This document shows, piece by piece, positions 1-53,065 of a DNA stretch of 64,000 bases; the stretch's first letter is position 1, and every line of letters begins with the position of its first letter. Location: NCBI GenBank assembly GCA_964035545.1, contig OZ037772.1, forward strand, positions 5,936,889 through 6,000,888, in the 5' to 3' direction. Made by a program: the position numbers and the translations under genes. Below the pieces are notes generated by a model. The model did not search any database. It was given only the letters and a program-made list of their open reading frames with translations, and was not told the origin of the DNA. Source of the DNA: Bugula neritina (Eukaryota > Animalia > Bryozoa).

Positions 1-222
1 GAGCCTAAGCTATCATAAGTCATCAACCATAAATAATTAATTTCTTTTGCATTGCATCATCACAGTACCTAACCAATTGAAAAGTTTTTGAAATCAGGGG
101 TTCTCACAGAAGTGGAGGGATTCTGACAAGGACGGAGTTTTGTTTTGGTTTTGTTTTATTGGAAACTCTACAGAAACTCTAGCTTGTTCAACAGAAATAG
201 CTATAATCTACATATTACTCAC

Positions 223-368
223 AGAAATGACGAAGAGGGAGTTGTAGCGGTCTGGAGGCAGCATAGTAGCGGTTATGGTAGCGGCAGCAGGTAGTAGTAG
301 CTGGTAACAATGGCGATGGTTGGTGTGCTGTCAGAGATAGCCATCGGCAGCGTAGTGGTAGTCGGTGA
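223..368 (-). other. Candidate exon of a further minus-strand gene continuing left of the window
   Basis: GC-richer 146-nt island bounded by tttcag and gtgagta. One frame is open throughout (HRLPLRCRWLSLTAHQPSPLLPATTTCCRYHNRYYAASRPLQLPLRHF); alternatively a UTR exon containing a start (MLPPDRYNSLFVIS). Product not recognised. Confidence 0.3.
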
Positions 369-829
369 CTGAAAGTTGCAGTAGAAGTTACAGAAGTACA
401 TCCAACTTAGGAAAGAAGACTTCAAGGAAATATGGTGGCAAGAAGGTCAACAATGTGCATGGATGGAGATGAGAAGCTACTGTAATATCCGTATTTTATG
501 CTATGACTGGGCAGAACAACTGCTGTCAAACATGAAAAAGACTGCAAGCTTGCTTTAATGGTTTTGACACAGAGCTCTAAAATTTGTTATTTTGCTGTTC
601 AAATATCAAATTAATTTTAGACTGTGAGTAATCTAGTACTAGTTTATTATTATCAAAACACAGAAAAGCCTGGCAAGCATTTTATTTGGGAAAGTACAGT
701 AGCTGCTAGATGACAATTTGATAACTACAAAATCACTACAGCTGGAGTGAGCATTCTTGCTTGTTTGGTTTGGCAGAATTATTTTCATATGAGAAAGTAT
801 GCTGTGAGTGAATAGTAAGTTAGAGTGCT

Positions 830-1075
830 ACACGCAGGTAAAACATTTTATAGCCCAGTGAAAACTATATGCAAGGAAAAACATTATATAGTCCAGTTTT
901 ATGTTTTATGCAGGTATAATTTGCACTATATTGTTCATGCAGTGAATATTGTAATATGCAGTACATTGTATAGTCCAGCAAATGCTTCCTGCAGGTAATA
1001 CATTATATAGTGCAGTTAATGCATGCCTGCGCATGCAGGTAAAATGTATTATATAGCTGTCACACACAGGTAATT
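830..1075. repeat. Degenerate tandem repeat, about 37-bp unit (atgcaggtaaaacattatatagtccag)
   Basis: About six diverged units visible. Confidence 0.55.
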
Positions 1076-1188
1076 CCTTACAATTAGTTGATAGGAAACC
1101 AGGCTCAGAGTTTGAAAGAACTACAGCCGGCCCTTGCTAAAGCATTTGTTCCAAAACTTCTTATATCACTAAGTTTTTGAGGTAGGTA

Positions 1189-1342
1189 CAGTAATGGAGA
1201 AATTGAAAAAAGCCTGAGTTCTAGATTAAAAATGTAGCAAAAGAAGTTATGCTCTCACAACAATTTCAACCCGCACTCAAACCCAAGTTTATAAAGAAAT
1301 TTAAAGAACTTAGGCTATCTCAATTTCTACACTACTGCTCCT
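1189..1342. mobile_element. MITE family A (about 150 bp, about 33-bp inverted ends)
   Basis: agtaatggagaaattgaaaaaagcctgagttct versus agaacttaggctatctcaatttctacactact. Other copies at about 45530-45630, 54266-54430, 57918-58045 and 59290-59420. Confidence 0.65.
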
Positions 1343-2535
1343 AAATGAAGTTTTGGTTATTTTGCAGTCTTGCAGATAAGTATATGCGGAACAGACTAGA
1401 ACAAGAAAAGACAACTTTAAATCCCAAATTTCGAGGCTCATAGCATGTGTTGTGGAAGATAAAAGCCTAAGGCACATGGCTTGCACACAAAGCAATTCTC
1501 ATGAATCAATCAGTGTAGTTACAGTAGGAGATCTAGAAAAATTTATTCAAATTGATATAAAATATTCCAGTTTCATAATAAAAGAGATTTCGTCTGCTAG
1601 CATTATGCAGCATCATAATATATAATATATAATATATATATATATATAATAATATATAATATAACATACACATATAATAAAATTATTTACCAACATATAA
1701 ATACACATCTATATATCATCATTCTATAAAAAAATTCTCATAAGCATATATTCTATTAATAGACATCAAGTAAACCGGATGAACACAAAATAGTCAAAAA
1801 TAAAAAAATTGAAAAAACTTAAAAATGGAATGTAATAAAAAACACACTGATAGTTGATAATCTATAAACCAAAGATACAAATTTACACAAATGTACAGCA
1901 GGAACATATTTTATAAAATAGAATGTAAAGAATTGGAGTGAATCATCCTATGACACAATGACTCATCTAATCAGTTCGCCATCAAAGCTGAGTCACGCCT
2001 ACTTATAATTACTTGATTTGCTATAATCAATGACTTTATTTACTCAAAAAAGTGATTCAATTGGACTTGAAAATTTTGAATAATTGGCTATTAATCTATC
2101 AAACTTAAGTCTGAATTTGCTTAATTCAGTTTTAATAGCAGGTTTCAAATAAGTTTGGTAAATTATACAGACCAAATATAACTTGAATTAAAAACTACAC
2201 AACTTATTTTAGCGATTGGCTATAATACAAATGCACTTAGAAGTATTTATGACTTTAAATGAGGAATTTCAAGAAGGGAATGCTAGTTCTAATAATTTTC
2301 AATAAATGTAGATCAGTAAAAGTTTGTGTATTAATATAATCAAGTATTTGTTAATGACTTGAGCCGACTTGAGTCCTTGACTGACTTAAGATTGACTTGA
2401 CACGCTGTGACTTAAACCCAGCTCTGCTAGAAACACTTCAGAAGAATGAAGATTGTTACATAATTTCGATCAACACTGACATCTTCTTGTGTTTAGAGAA
2501 GTGTTAGAGTAGATTATGCTACAGAGGTGAATGGT

Positions 2536-42797
<40,262 letters not shown>

Positions 42798-43729
42798 AAA
42801 CTGTATGCTTCACCATTCATCTAAAAATACAACAGTTAAAATAAATTGCTATCTTGACCACAACATTGAACCATAAACATCCATTGGTATATTATGACTG
42901 CTGTTGCAATTCAAATCATCACTGTTGGCGTTTTTCACTTCTTGATGATTCATATCAATTTCTCATGAAGCAAATAAACTCTTTTGGTGCAGTAAAATTG
43001 ATAATGGTTCAATAACATAATAATTAATGATCACATCAAAAAATACTATCAATATACAATCATTTGTTTTGTATCACTAATAACTAAAAGTTATTAAAAT
43101 TATTGAATCTCTCTATTTATCATGTTATCAGCATTTAGTTATGCTACTACTGTAGACATTTGAATCGAATAAATTATTATTAACGATTTAACATAGATTA
43201 GTATGCATAATGTAGGTGTTACTCACAATCACACTGATACTGTGATTAGGTGAGTGTTATTAGTTATATAAACTGTTATGAATTACAAATAAAAGTTAGA
43301 GACACATATTTTATATTCAATCAAAGACTCAGTCAAAGCCAATGTTCACTTGTACCCAGCAAGAGCCAAAGAGCAGTCTTGCCTTTACCTTTCACTCTCA
43401 CTTCTCAGTCTTAAACTGAGTTTTTGTAGAAACAAAATAAATTTAATATGTATAAACTTTGATGACAATAAATTCATTAGTCATTATACTGATGCTTTAT
43501 CAGTTTAACTTTATGATAACTTAAACTATGTATATTATCATTATTCATTATAATAAAAATAAACATCAGAATTATCACTTATGCCAATGGTGAGAACGAT
43601 CTGATGACCATGATCATGATGATCGATGATAAACTTGAAGTGATGACTTGGATTTGGCGGGCAAATTATTCATCATCATTATGAATATCATTATCTCAAA
43701 CTTAAAATTGAAGTGATCATCAGTAGCGG

Positions 43730-43840
43730 CATGACTATGAGTATCACTATCAGTATGAGTTCGAGCATAACTATCACTATGACTATCACTAGGACTTAGA
43801 CTATGAGTATGACTATGAGTTCGAGTATAAATATCACTGA
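43730..43840. repeat. Degenerate 6/18-bp repeat (actatg/agtatc)
   Basis: Explains the His/Ser/Asp-rich ORF 43614-43844. Confidence 0.65.
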
Positions 43841-45000
43841 ACATTCTTTTGCCTGCAAAACATATATAAAGTGAACTGACCCATATGCAAGTTTCAATTT
43901 TAAAAACTTCACGTACTATAATTATGACTTTTCGTTTTATTACGGTCTAATTCCACGGCTGTACGTTTGTTTATAATAAGAGAAATTTGAACTTGACTAT
44001 CATGTACTCAAGTCTGCATAAATTTTGCGCGTTGATATCGCTAGTTGCAGCGTTAAAGCGGTGATTGTTTTTAGTTTTGGCCATAGTTTGAATTCAAGAG
44101 GTTGGTTCTTGTTGTTTATTATTTTAGCTATAAAACAAGCCTACTTTTGAATCTTGGCTTCGTATATCGTCCATAGATTTGTTTATGCTATACCATTTCT
44201 TTGAAAGGAATCGTTGTAGTCAAGCCTTTTCAACCTCCGTTAAATTAAAAAAAGTATACGGAGCAAAACCGAAAACCTATATAATGTGTTAGTTGTCTAT
44301 CCTTGGTTTTATTTATGTCAATGAGAAGACAACCTCATTTTAATTGCCAACTTGTACGCTAACTACATGCGAGTGTCAATTTAGTATAGAATCAACTAGA
44401 TTCTAGAATAACTGATGAAAGCTCGACACATATAATTCATTAATGAATGAAAAAGCTCAAACTGCAAAGCCCGCTACCTATATTGCAGATCTATGCTGTT
44501 GTTTACAGCAGCTGAATAGAGAAACAACACTTATTTCATTGTCGTTAGTTTCATAAGTATTTTTAGTTTCAGAAGCAGTGTTTTTGAATCCAGACACATA
44601 AATCATTCAAGAGAAGGAACTGCATATAATAAATAACCGTTGTTGAGTTTGGATAGTGACTGGTTTATTAAATTTATTAGAACAGAAATATTTAAAGTAC
44701 CATTATTAGTTATCTGCTGGTTATATTATAAAATAAAATAATGGTAACGAAAATTGAGATTTCAGTAAGTGTTGAGTATATAAAAGTTTATACTAGTTTC
44801 CTATATATATGAAAACAGCATATTACCATAATAAAATTATTCGTAGTAATTGAAAAAGTTATATTAGATGACTATTTGTAAAAAATGACTGTACAATAAA
44901 ATTACAAAGGAGTGCCTCTACTGCATCCTAAGATTTTATTAAGAACTCCAATTGGGTTAAATTGTGTTAACTTAATTCTTATTAATTAGGTGGGATTTTA

Positions 45001-48000
45001 TTAAATGTCAGACTCTGGTATAGTGGTTCGAACTATTCTCTCTGTCACGGAGTATGGGTCACAGTTACTTGAGGGCCTTCTGTCTTCAAGATATCCCTTT
45101 CCTTCTGCTGCAACCTAAAGAATGAGACAAGCCAATCAGCTGATGTGTTGACAACAAAAGTAAGCAAAACAATATGAACCAAGATAATCCAAATGAAAGT
45201 TTTGAAATCAACCATTTATGAATAAGCAAGGCAGTAATTGAGAAATTAAAAACTCCCATGATTTGAATTAGAACTGTGTAAAGATGTTATTTATTTACTA
45301 TAATTTACCTTACAACTAAATAAGAAAATTAAAGAACCTAAAATGATGGACAGCGTTTCATTACACTGCTAAGTTGGTAGAGGATGCAAGGGCCCCATGA
45401 TCAGCGTTCTATTTCCTTTATATTGCTACATATTGCTTTAGACAGCCAACCCAACAAAAACCTGATCACTAACATTAAACCTTTACCAATATGGTCAGCT
45501 TTAAAGAGGAGAAATTAAGTGTTGTTAGGTAGAAATGCAGTAATTTCAACCAGCACCCCAGACCGAAAGTTAGTCAATAAAAATAAAGAACTTAGGCTAT
45601 CTTAATTTCTCCACTACTGCTCCTAAATGACTTTAAACCACCTAAAATCATTAAGTAGCTGTGTAACTTATGCAGGAGGAAAACCTCTCAGGACTAAAGT
45701 ATTGCATTGCTAAGTACAGGGATTAGTTAAACCTTTAAATGCTGATAATACCATTACACAGCCATTACTGTACCAAACAGGCACTAGTAAGTCCCAACTA
45801 GTTAGCTCAGCATAATCGAACTAAACCCAATATGCAGAGCATTGCATCAGCCATCCCCTACAAGCTATTATTCCATTGGGCGTGTGCTATATTAGCAACT
45901 ATATTGAATTACTAAGCAGGGCCAATTATTCGTACAGCCTTTTGTTTTGGTTTCAATGTAAATAAGCAGTAGTAGCAGTAGTAGTCGAAGCACCAACAAC
46001 GCTGTTGTTGTAAGGGCAGTTTGGTCTCCTTGATAATGGGAAAATAACCACAATTTATTATTGAAATCTAGCAATGCACATCTGTGAACACCTTTAGTAT
46101 CCCTTCGCTTAACACGTGACCAGACAAGCAGTGTACAACGTTAAATATTTATGGCTTTCAGTTTGCACTATCCAAGGCTTTTTCACAGTTGATTTATAGA
46201 GATCAATCAATCATTCAATGAGACACACCTTCATTTATCTTCTAGCCAGTGTTCAATTAAAATGTAGTGGTGATTAATCATGGTTAAAACTACTGATGGA
46301 AGTGGTCCTAGTCACCACGCATGTGTTCATGCACACTGGTATGCAAGGACTAGGCTCTAAGGAGTAGAAGCAATGCCAGTACTATCACAGTGTAACCAGG
46401 AAATATCATACTTACATGTCTTGGAATTCGAATACTACTTCCTCTGTTGGCAACCCCAGAACTGAAGTCGTTGATGGAACTGGTTTCATGCAGTCCTGTG
46501 AGTCTTCTTTCATTGTCTCGGCCTCCGTTGGGGTCGTACTCCTTGATGTGCTCGTGGTGCTTCTTAGACATCTTCTCAATGGCATCTTGTATAGCTCTAC
46601 AAGGAGAAACTTAAAGTTACAGATTTAATTTTAAATTCAATATGTTCAATTTCCTAACATTCACAAATTTTCAACACTTTCAACACACGTTCATCAGCAG
46701 CCCCAACATTAAGCAAAATCACCTTAAATTCCATTAAATTTTATCTTCAACCAAGACCGAACATTTGATTGGTTGATTTATTATATATCACAGACATGAA
46801 AACCTCAATGCTAAATTCACTATAAATACAGGCTAAATAAGTAGACATAAACAAAGTTGGAGAAAGAAAAAGTCAACTCTAGTGGATTTTTCAAAATAAA
46901 AAAAGATCAAGTCAAAATAATTATTTATTTTATAAGTTTTAGTTTATTTTGTTAGTATCAAAGACACGTACTTGATTCCGCCCTCAGCTCTCATAGCTCC
47001 TGTGGAGTAGTTGGTGTGAGCTCCAGCACCGTTCCAGTCTCCGGTCATGGGTTTAGGATCCAAGGTGACAATGACGCCAAAGTCCTCGGCTACTCTGTGT
47101 AGAATAAACCTGGCCATCCACAGGTGGTCTCCCATATCTATACCTTCACAAGGGCCAACCTGTAGGCAACCAGATACTGGTAACTAACTCGGTTCATTCA
47201 AAGAGTCTGGATGTTGGAGTAGTGGATATATTGGGCACACAATGAGCTGAATCACAAAATCCTTTCCTTTATGCAATATTCATATATATTTTAGTTATCA
47301 TTTGCGGACTGGTTTGTTGGTTGTGTGTTCAAACTATTGTTTTATAATAAATTTTGAGCAAAAAAGTCTTGAATTAATCTGGGTAAGCTTCAAGAGCAGT
47401 GGTGTTAGAAAATTAATAATTATTGCTGAGTTTCATTGCACCCTATTCCTAGTTGCTGTAGCTCAGTTTATTCCCTGGGCTGCCCAGGAATTTCAAGACT
47501 GAGTGGCCAAAAGAAGGAGTAAAGATGCTAAAAATGTTAAGCCTGCCAACATGGCATTGTAACAACTATCAAACTGTTTCAAAAATATTTTTACAGGAAC
47601 CCAACATATATGCAAGCAATTCCATTGACACGCTCAACTTCCACATTCCCAGATCAACCTTGAGAGAGTCAACAATAGTAATCATAACAGCCGCAGTATT
47701 ATAAGGAGTAATTAAAAGTTCATGAAGTAATATTATTAGACTTATAAATATGGATTAGACCATATGGTGCCATCTCATCAGGTCATGGAATAGGTTACTA
47801 ACAATAAACAAAGCAGTTGTAAGAAATCTCAGGACACCTTCAACCAGCTTGAGGAAGGATTGAAAAAATTAGGAAATTATGGTCATTTTTGCCATATTTT
47901 AACTTTAGTATTTAGATTTTAGTAATGCTCTGAAATCTCCAGGTTCCATTGATGTGAAAGTAGCCCTTTTTTAAAAACTCAGGTAAAAAACAGAAAACTG

Positions 48001-50315
48001 AAGCCATAATCACTAACTTTGGCACCATTGTTGACTGGTTTCAAAGAGGCCTTCTCAGTTGCACTGTACAGCATTAGTTTCAGAAAAGTCCATTTTAATA
48101 AACTATGCAATAGTTTCACAGTCAGTTTTACTATTTGCCCGGAAGTGGAGGAGAGAAATTATTCTAGCATTTACCTGGAACTCCCACTGACCCGGCATCA
48201 CCTCAGCGTTGGTTCCACAGATCTTGACACCGGCGTAGAGACAGGCTCTATAGTGAGCTTCCACCACATCTCTGCCAAATACCTGCAAATAGGAACATAC
48301 ATGAGCTAACAGCACAGACCATCTAGTGGTTTCAATGAAAGAGTGAGAAAAAGAGAGAAATGGTAAGAGAGGGGTGGAAAGAGAAAGGGGGAGAGAGGGG
48401 CGGAAAGACTTGAAGCTTACATTAATAACCAGAACATTGACTAAACAATTACGAATGCGAAATGATACGACCACATGCAAAGTTCCTAGTTGAGGAATTG
48501 TGAGGGACGTTACCTTATCTGCCCCAACTCCGCAGTAGAATGGACCCTGAGGTTTGGGGTAACCACCTTTGGGCCAGCCAAAAGGGTGGTAGTCCCTGTC
48601 CTGGAGAGTGTACTCCTGCTCGATACCAAACCAGGGGTGGTGGGACTGGGCAGCCTGCATCACTGCTTGACATGTCAGTCTCTTGTTAGTGGCTATAATT
48701 AAAGGAACAATTACACAATAGAGATCATAATAGTTAAATAATTACACTAATTACATAACTCTAATTTCATACTCACCCAACATTGGCTAGTTTTTACTTA
48801 CTAAACTATTATCAATCATCAAAATCAATCTGGAACTTATCAATGTATTAGGCAACAACTGTTTCTTACATGTGACTGCATAAAATGCAAGGACAATATG
48901 ATTATATGCACCAATTATTAGGAGTTAGGATTTGAGAAAGAAAACAAGATGAGACCCTACTAACTGGTGCTCACCTGTGGGCTTCCTGTTGTACTTGAGT
49001 GTTTCACACAGCAGGAGTTTGTGTTCTCCTCTACGGAATGGATCTCTGAACAGAGTGACTGGCTTGAGGAACACGTCGGAGTTGCTTCCCTCGGCCTGTC
49101 CGGTAGAGGAGCCGTCAAAGTTCCATTCAGGGCACTCTAAAACACAGCATTGTCTTTCTTATAGCTTACAGTTAAAAGACTCGCCCTAGTTTATATTCAC
49201 TCTTCCTGTGAGAATCCCCGATAGAAAGGATTTTAAGGTGGACTAAAGACTTATTCAGATGTGGGGCAGGAGCAATTATGACTGTATGTTCTTCCTAACA
49301 TCACCAATGGCCTTTACTGGGAATTGAACCCCATGACTTCAGGTTTATTAAGCCAACTGCTCTAACCCTTAGACTATTGCTGCTCCTCTATGTAGTAGCA
49401 TCATGGAATAAAAAAGATATTATATGGGCCTACAGTTGAGATACCAGCAAATGAAACATTGCTATTCAATTGCACTTGAAATTAAGTTCATGTCAAATAA
49501 GGGCAATGCATCTCAAGGTTAGTGCCAACAAAGGATAACCTGACATGTCCCAACAAATGTCACATTAGCTGTTGTCACAAACAAACACAAACCTAGTAAA
49601 TAATAACAATATCAGTAATTCATTACAAAAGCTTCACTGTTTAATCATAACCATACAGGAGTTCAGCTAGTTTTAAAATCAGTAAATAAAAATTACTACC
49701 CCATGTGTGAAAACTTATTTGAGTCATCTTACTTAATTTAGTACACCCAAAATTTACTAAAAATCTAGGATATAATATAGAAAATCAAGCAAAATTAGAA
49801 AAGAACCTTGCTTATTCAACTGTATTTGTCAATATTTTATCAGTTTGATGGAAGAAACGTTATACATTAGCAGCTTAACTGTGAGAAATAGCTAAAAACT
49901 AAAAATATATAGGGTATACTAAATCAAGTAAAATTACCCATTAATTCTAGTTACTATTTAATGAGTAAATGTAAAATGACTGAAAATATCAGCATTTACT
50001 CGACTGCAGTACCTTCTGCAGCTTTAGGAGTGAAATCCATAGTCCTAGTTTTACAACGCAAGTTCTGCCCTGACCCATCTATCCAAACATACATGACCTG
50101 AGTCTTTCCATCTGGAATCTCCAGGTCCATATACCTGCAAAATGTGACAACTCCAAGAGTGAACAGCAGAATGCTTATAATCCTACTGTTCAGTTATCAT
50201 CAGTTGCCAAATTCAGTGAAAAATACAATACTCCAATACACTTCATACGATATGAAACTTACATTTGCTTCGTCTGTTTATCGGTCAACCCGGCGGCTGT
50301 CATTGAGTGAGTCAT
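45001..50315 (-). CDS. GLUL: Glutamine synthetase type II, complete, 8 coding exons, 368 aa
   Basis: Exons 50263-50315, 50013-50134, 48975-49136, 48514-48692, 48175-48282, 46972-47159, 46416-46596, 45001-45114 (1107 nt). Motifs [87 protein letters not shown]. Confidence 0.96.
49176..49388 (-). mobile_element. Same SINE family, full-length reverse copy in a GS intron
   Basis: Reverse complement includes the tRNA-like head (tagtctaagggttagagca, ggggttcaattccc) and the shared body. Confidence 0.75.
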
Positions 50316-51477
50316 GATTTCTTTTGTGTGTTTAAATAGCTGACTTTATTCTGTAACAAAAAACAGCAGCAATGCGATATTGAGAGATTAGATGAGCAGC
50401 ATTGCTTAAATTCAAAATTCTTCAATGAAATGCATTTCTCAACTTATGAATTCCCCAAATATGTGTTAATTGTAATGATTACATGATGCTTCGGGTTAAT
50501 GAATTTATAAACTAAAACTAAAATCTTAATAACCTTTAACACACTTTTCTTTCAAATGATGCATATAAAATTAGCATTATTAAAATTTGAATTGGAAAAA
50601 TATCTTAGTATCTTCAAACAAAGATTTCCCATATCAATATTTCAAACTTGATTCACTCTAATATTAAGCACTTTATCACATATTCCAATTTTTCTGATTA
50701 AATTGAAATTAAAATATAATATTTAATCCATACTTTTTTTCTGCAACTTGTTTATAGTTTTCTCCTGGTATTCTATTTTTAGTGTAGTTTACAGCCGACA
50801 CTAATTGAATATAAATGTTTTTTTTTAAGTTGGATTAACCAGAACCTACAAAATTGAATAAAATATTAACACTGTGACTGTAAGACTAAGTGTGACTGTA
50901 CGTATATTTTCAAGTGCCACTCATCAAGTATAAGTTGAACGCAGATAAAAATAGTGGTTGAAACTCAGAAAGATCATTAAGATTTAACCAAAACTATAAC
51001 ATACTGATACAATAAAAAGAGCCTGGATGTAACGTATCAATGACCCTGGTTGTCCTTGTGATTACACGGCTTTAATTTTAGTTAGAGTCTCTAGTACATT
51101 GATTTCAACAATGAATGAAATTAAGAGCTAATGCTTATGGTGTAGTACTAATATTAATAATAATAATTATTATTATAAAGAGTAGACTATAAATTAAGTA
51201 TAAGTTATAACCCTAAGTATAAGAAAAAAGTAGGGCTTTTCAGTAATTATAATTATTATACAGTATAATTAATATAAATATTATTATTATAACTATAATT
51301 ATTAGTATTACTATTACTTCATCATCATGATCATGATGATAGTCAAAAGCGAAAAATAAAAACGTATATTTCAATTTGATTAATTTATAAAGTTTGTTTT
51401 CGTTGACATTAACCAAAAACGAACTTGCAAAATGTAAATTAAATTAGTGATGTCAAACGATTATCTGCTTTACTCAC

Positions 51478-51540
51478 CCAAACCAGTAATACTAAAAGTA
51501 TAACCGACACTTGAATGGTGAACACTCGCACTGTTGATGA
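51478..51540 (-). other. Probable non-coding first exon of glutamine synthetase
   Basis: Consensus donor G|GTGAGTA (intron starts at 51477) just downstream of promoter motifs. The first coding exon is preceded by an acceptor (tttgttacag, exon starts 50350). No ATG in this exon. The 5' boundary is approximate. Confidence 0.6.
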
Positions 51541-51554
51541 TTGACGTTGGGTAG

Positions 51555-51652
51555 CCGCATAAATATAGTAGTATCACGCTGGAGTAAAATGAGCCTCACA
51601 AATGTGGTGTCTGATTGGCTGAGGTATGAATATAGCATATTAATTGGCTGAC
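51555..51652 (-). promoter_or_regulatory. Glutamine synthetase core promoter: two CCAAT boxes and a TATA-like element
   Basis: Minus strand CAGCCAATTA (51641-51650) and AGCCAATCAG (51611-51620), 30 bp apart, then TATATTTAT near 51559-51567, about 25-30 nt before the inferred start site. Confidence 0.55.
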
Positions 51653-53065
51653 GAGTACTGTATTGTTGTAGCAACACACGCGGTGCCCTCGTGCATGACA
51701 GTCGCACCGTAAAGTCCAAAACATTACAGTTCAAAGTACAAGGAAATTTAGCTTCTCAAATGTGAAGTGAAATCTGCATTATCTCCAAGGGAAATGTGAG
51801 CACACTCACGCGTTTAAGTTGTGATTGGAATATTTTTCCCAACCACCAGACAGCATTTTCCCTTAATTTATGTGTTTTCCTAGTTCATATCAAACTGTTG
51901 ACCTTCAGATGTACTTCAAGTGAAATGTGAACTGTGGTATAATAATAATATGGTGACATTCACTAATATTTCAAGTGTTCTCACAACTAGTTGGTTCAAA
52001 ACCAGTTGAGATGAGGGTTAGCACCTTGCAAAGGCCTATTTTTTTACCTGACACTTTTCATCAAGTTTTTATTTTTACATAATCTGACAGCTTTTACATC
52101 ACCAATCCAACTTGAGTTAATATACATATGCATATTTCCTGGACTACCTGGATGGTAATGGGTTTTAGTTGATGACTCACAACTGTACAGGAGTTATATA
52201 ACTGCACACAATTTTTAACATCAATAGCATTCATGCATTTGAGGTAATGCCTATTTTATAAACTTCTTTATCAGTTAGGTAATCTGTAGTTGTTGGTAGC
52301 AGCTCAGCTCAGCCATAATAATATTTTTAATTTCATTTTAATTTGTATTCAAAAACCAGTTGTTCTCTTGTGTTTTTATTTTGGATAGAAATCATGATAA
52401 AGCAGTGTAGCATGTGGATGCTTCAAGCAAACAAATTATGAACAACCTATACCCATGAATCACATTTTTTGTTTACAGAAAGCAGAACTGCATAAATCAA
52501 GGAGCCAAATTAAAAAGCCCCAATAATTATTAAAACAAAGTTTCAAATTAAAACTGAATAGCATGGCAACTTAAAAATTGACAACTTTTGACTAACTTGC
52601 CATATACAATCAACAAATAGTACCCAAACTATTGTAATTATTGATTATACTATGAATGTATCCTTCCTTTAAAATTATTAGTTTCAGTGTGATGTGGAAT
52701 TTCCACCCAATTGTATTTATATCAAGAAGTAACATACACAAAACAATACAATTTATTGACTGATTTTTATTAAACAACAATCTGCAATCTGAATTATAAC
52801 CAGTGGAATGAATATTTCAACCGAAGAATGAATAATATTCAAAAAGAAACTTGCATTAGTCAGCGAGAGAAGGTGTATTATGTAATAAGTTGTAAAGAAA
52901 TTCAGCCGACTAGATATAACACTTGTATTAATCTCAGCTAATTATTCTATGTACAAAAATATTTCTAAATGGTAGTAGGAAAGTCTGTATCTACAGTTAC
53001 TGGATATGTCAGAGGCAACATTGACACATTAGTGACACTTCTGAGCAAGTGCCCTCAACGCGCAC

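Noticed and set aside
43614-43844. His/Ser/Asp-rich 76-aa ORF
   Set aside because: Derived from a degenerate 6/18-bp repeat; no other coding evidence.
44997-45003. AATAAA overlapping the GS stop codon as the poly(A) signal
   Set aside because: Likely chance in AT-rich DNA (TAA TAA); further AATAAA motifs lie downstream near 44935 and 44665.
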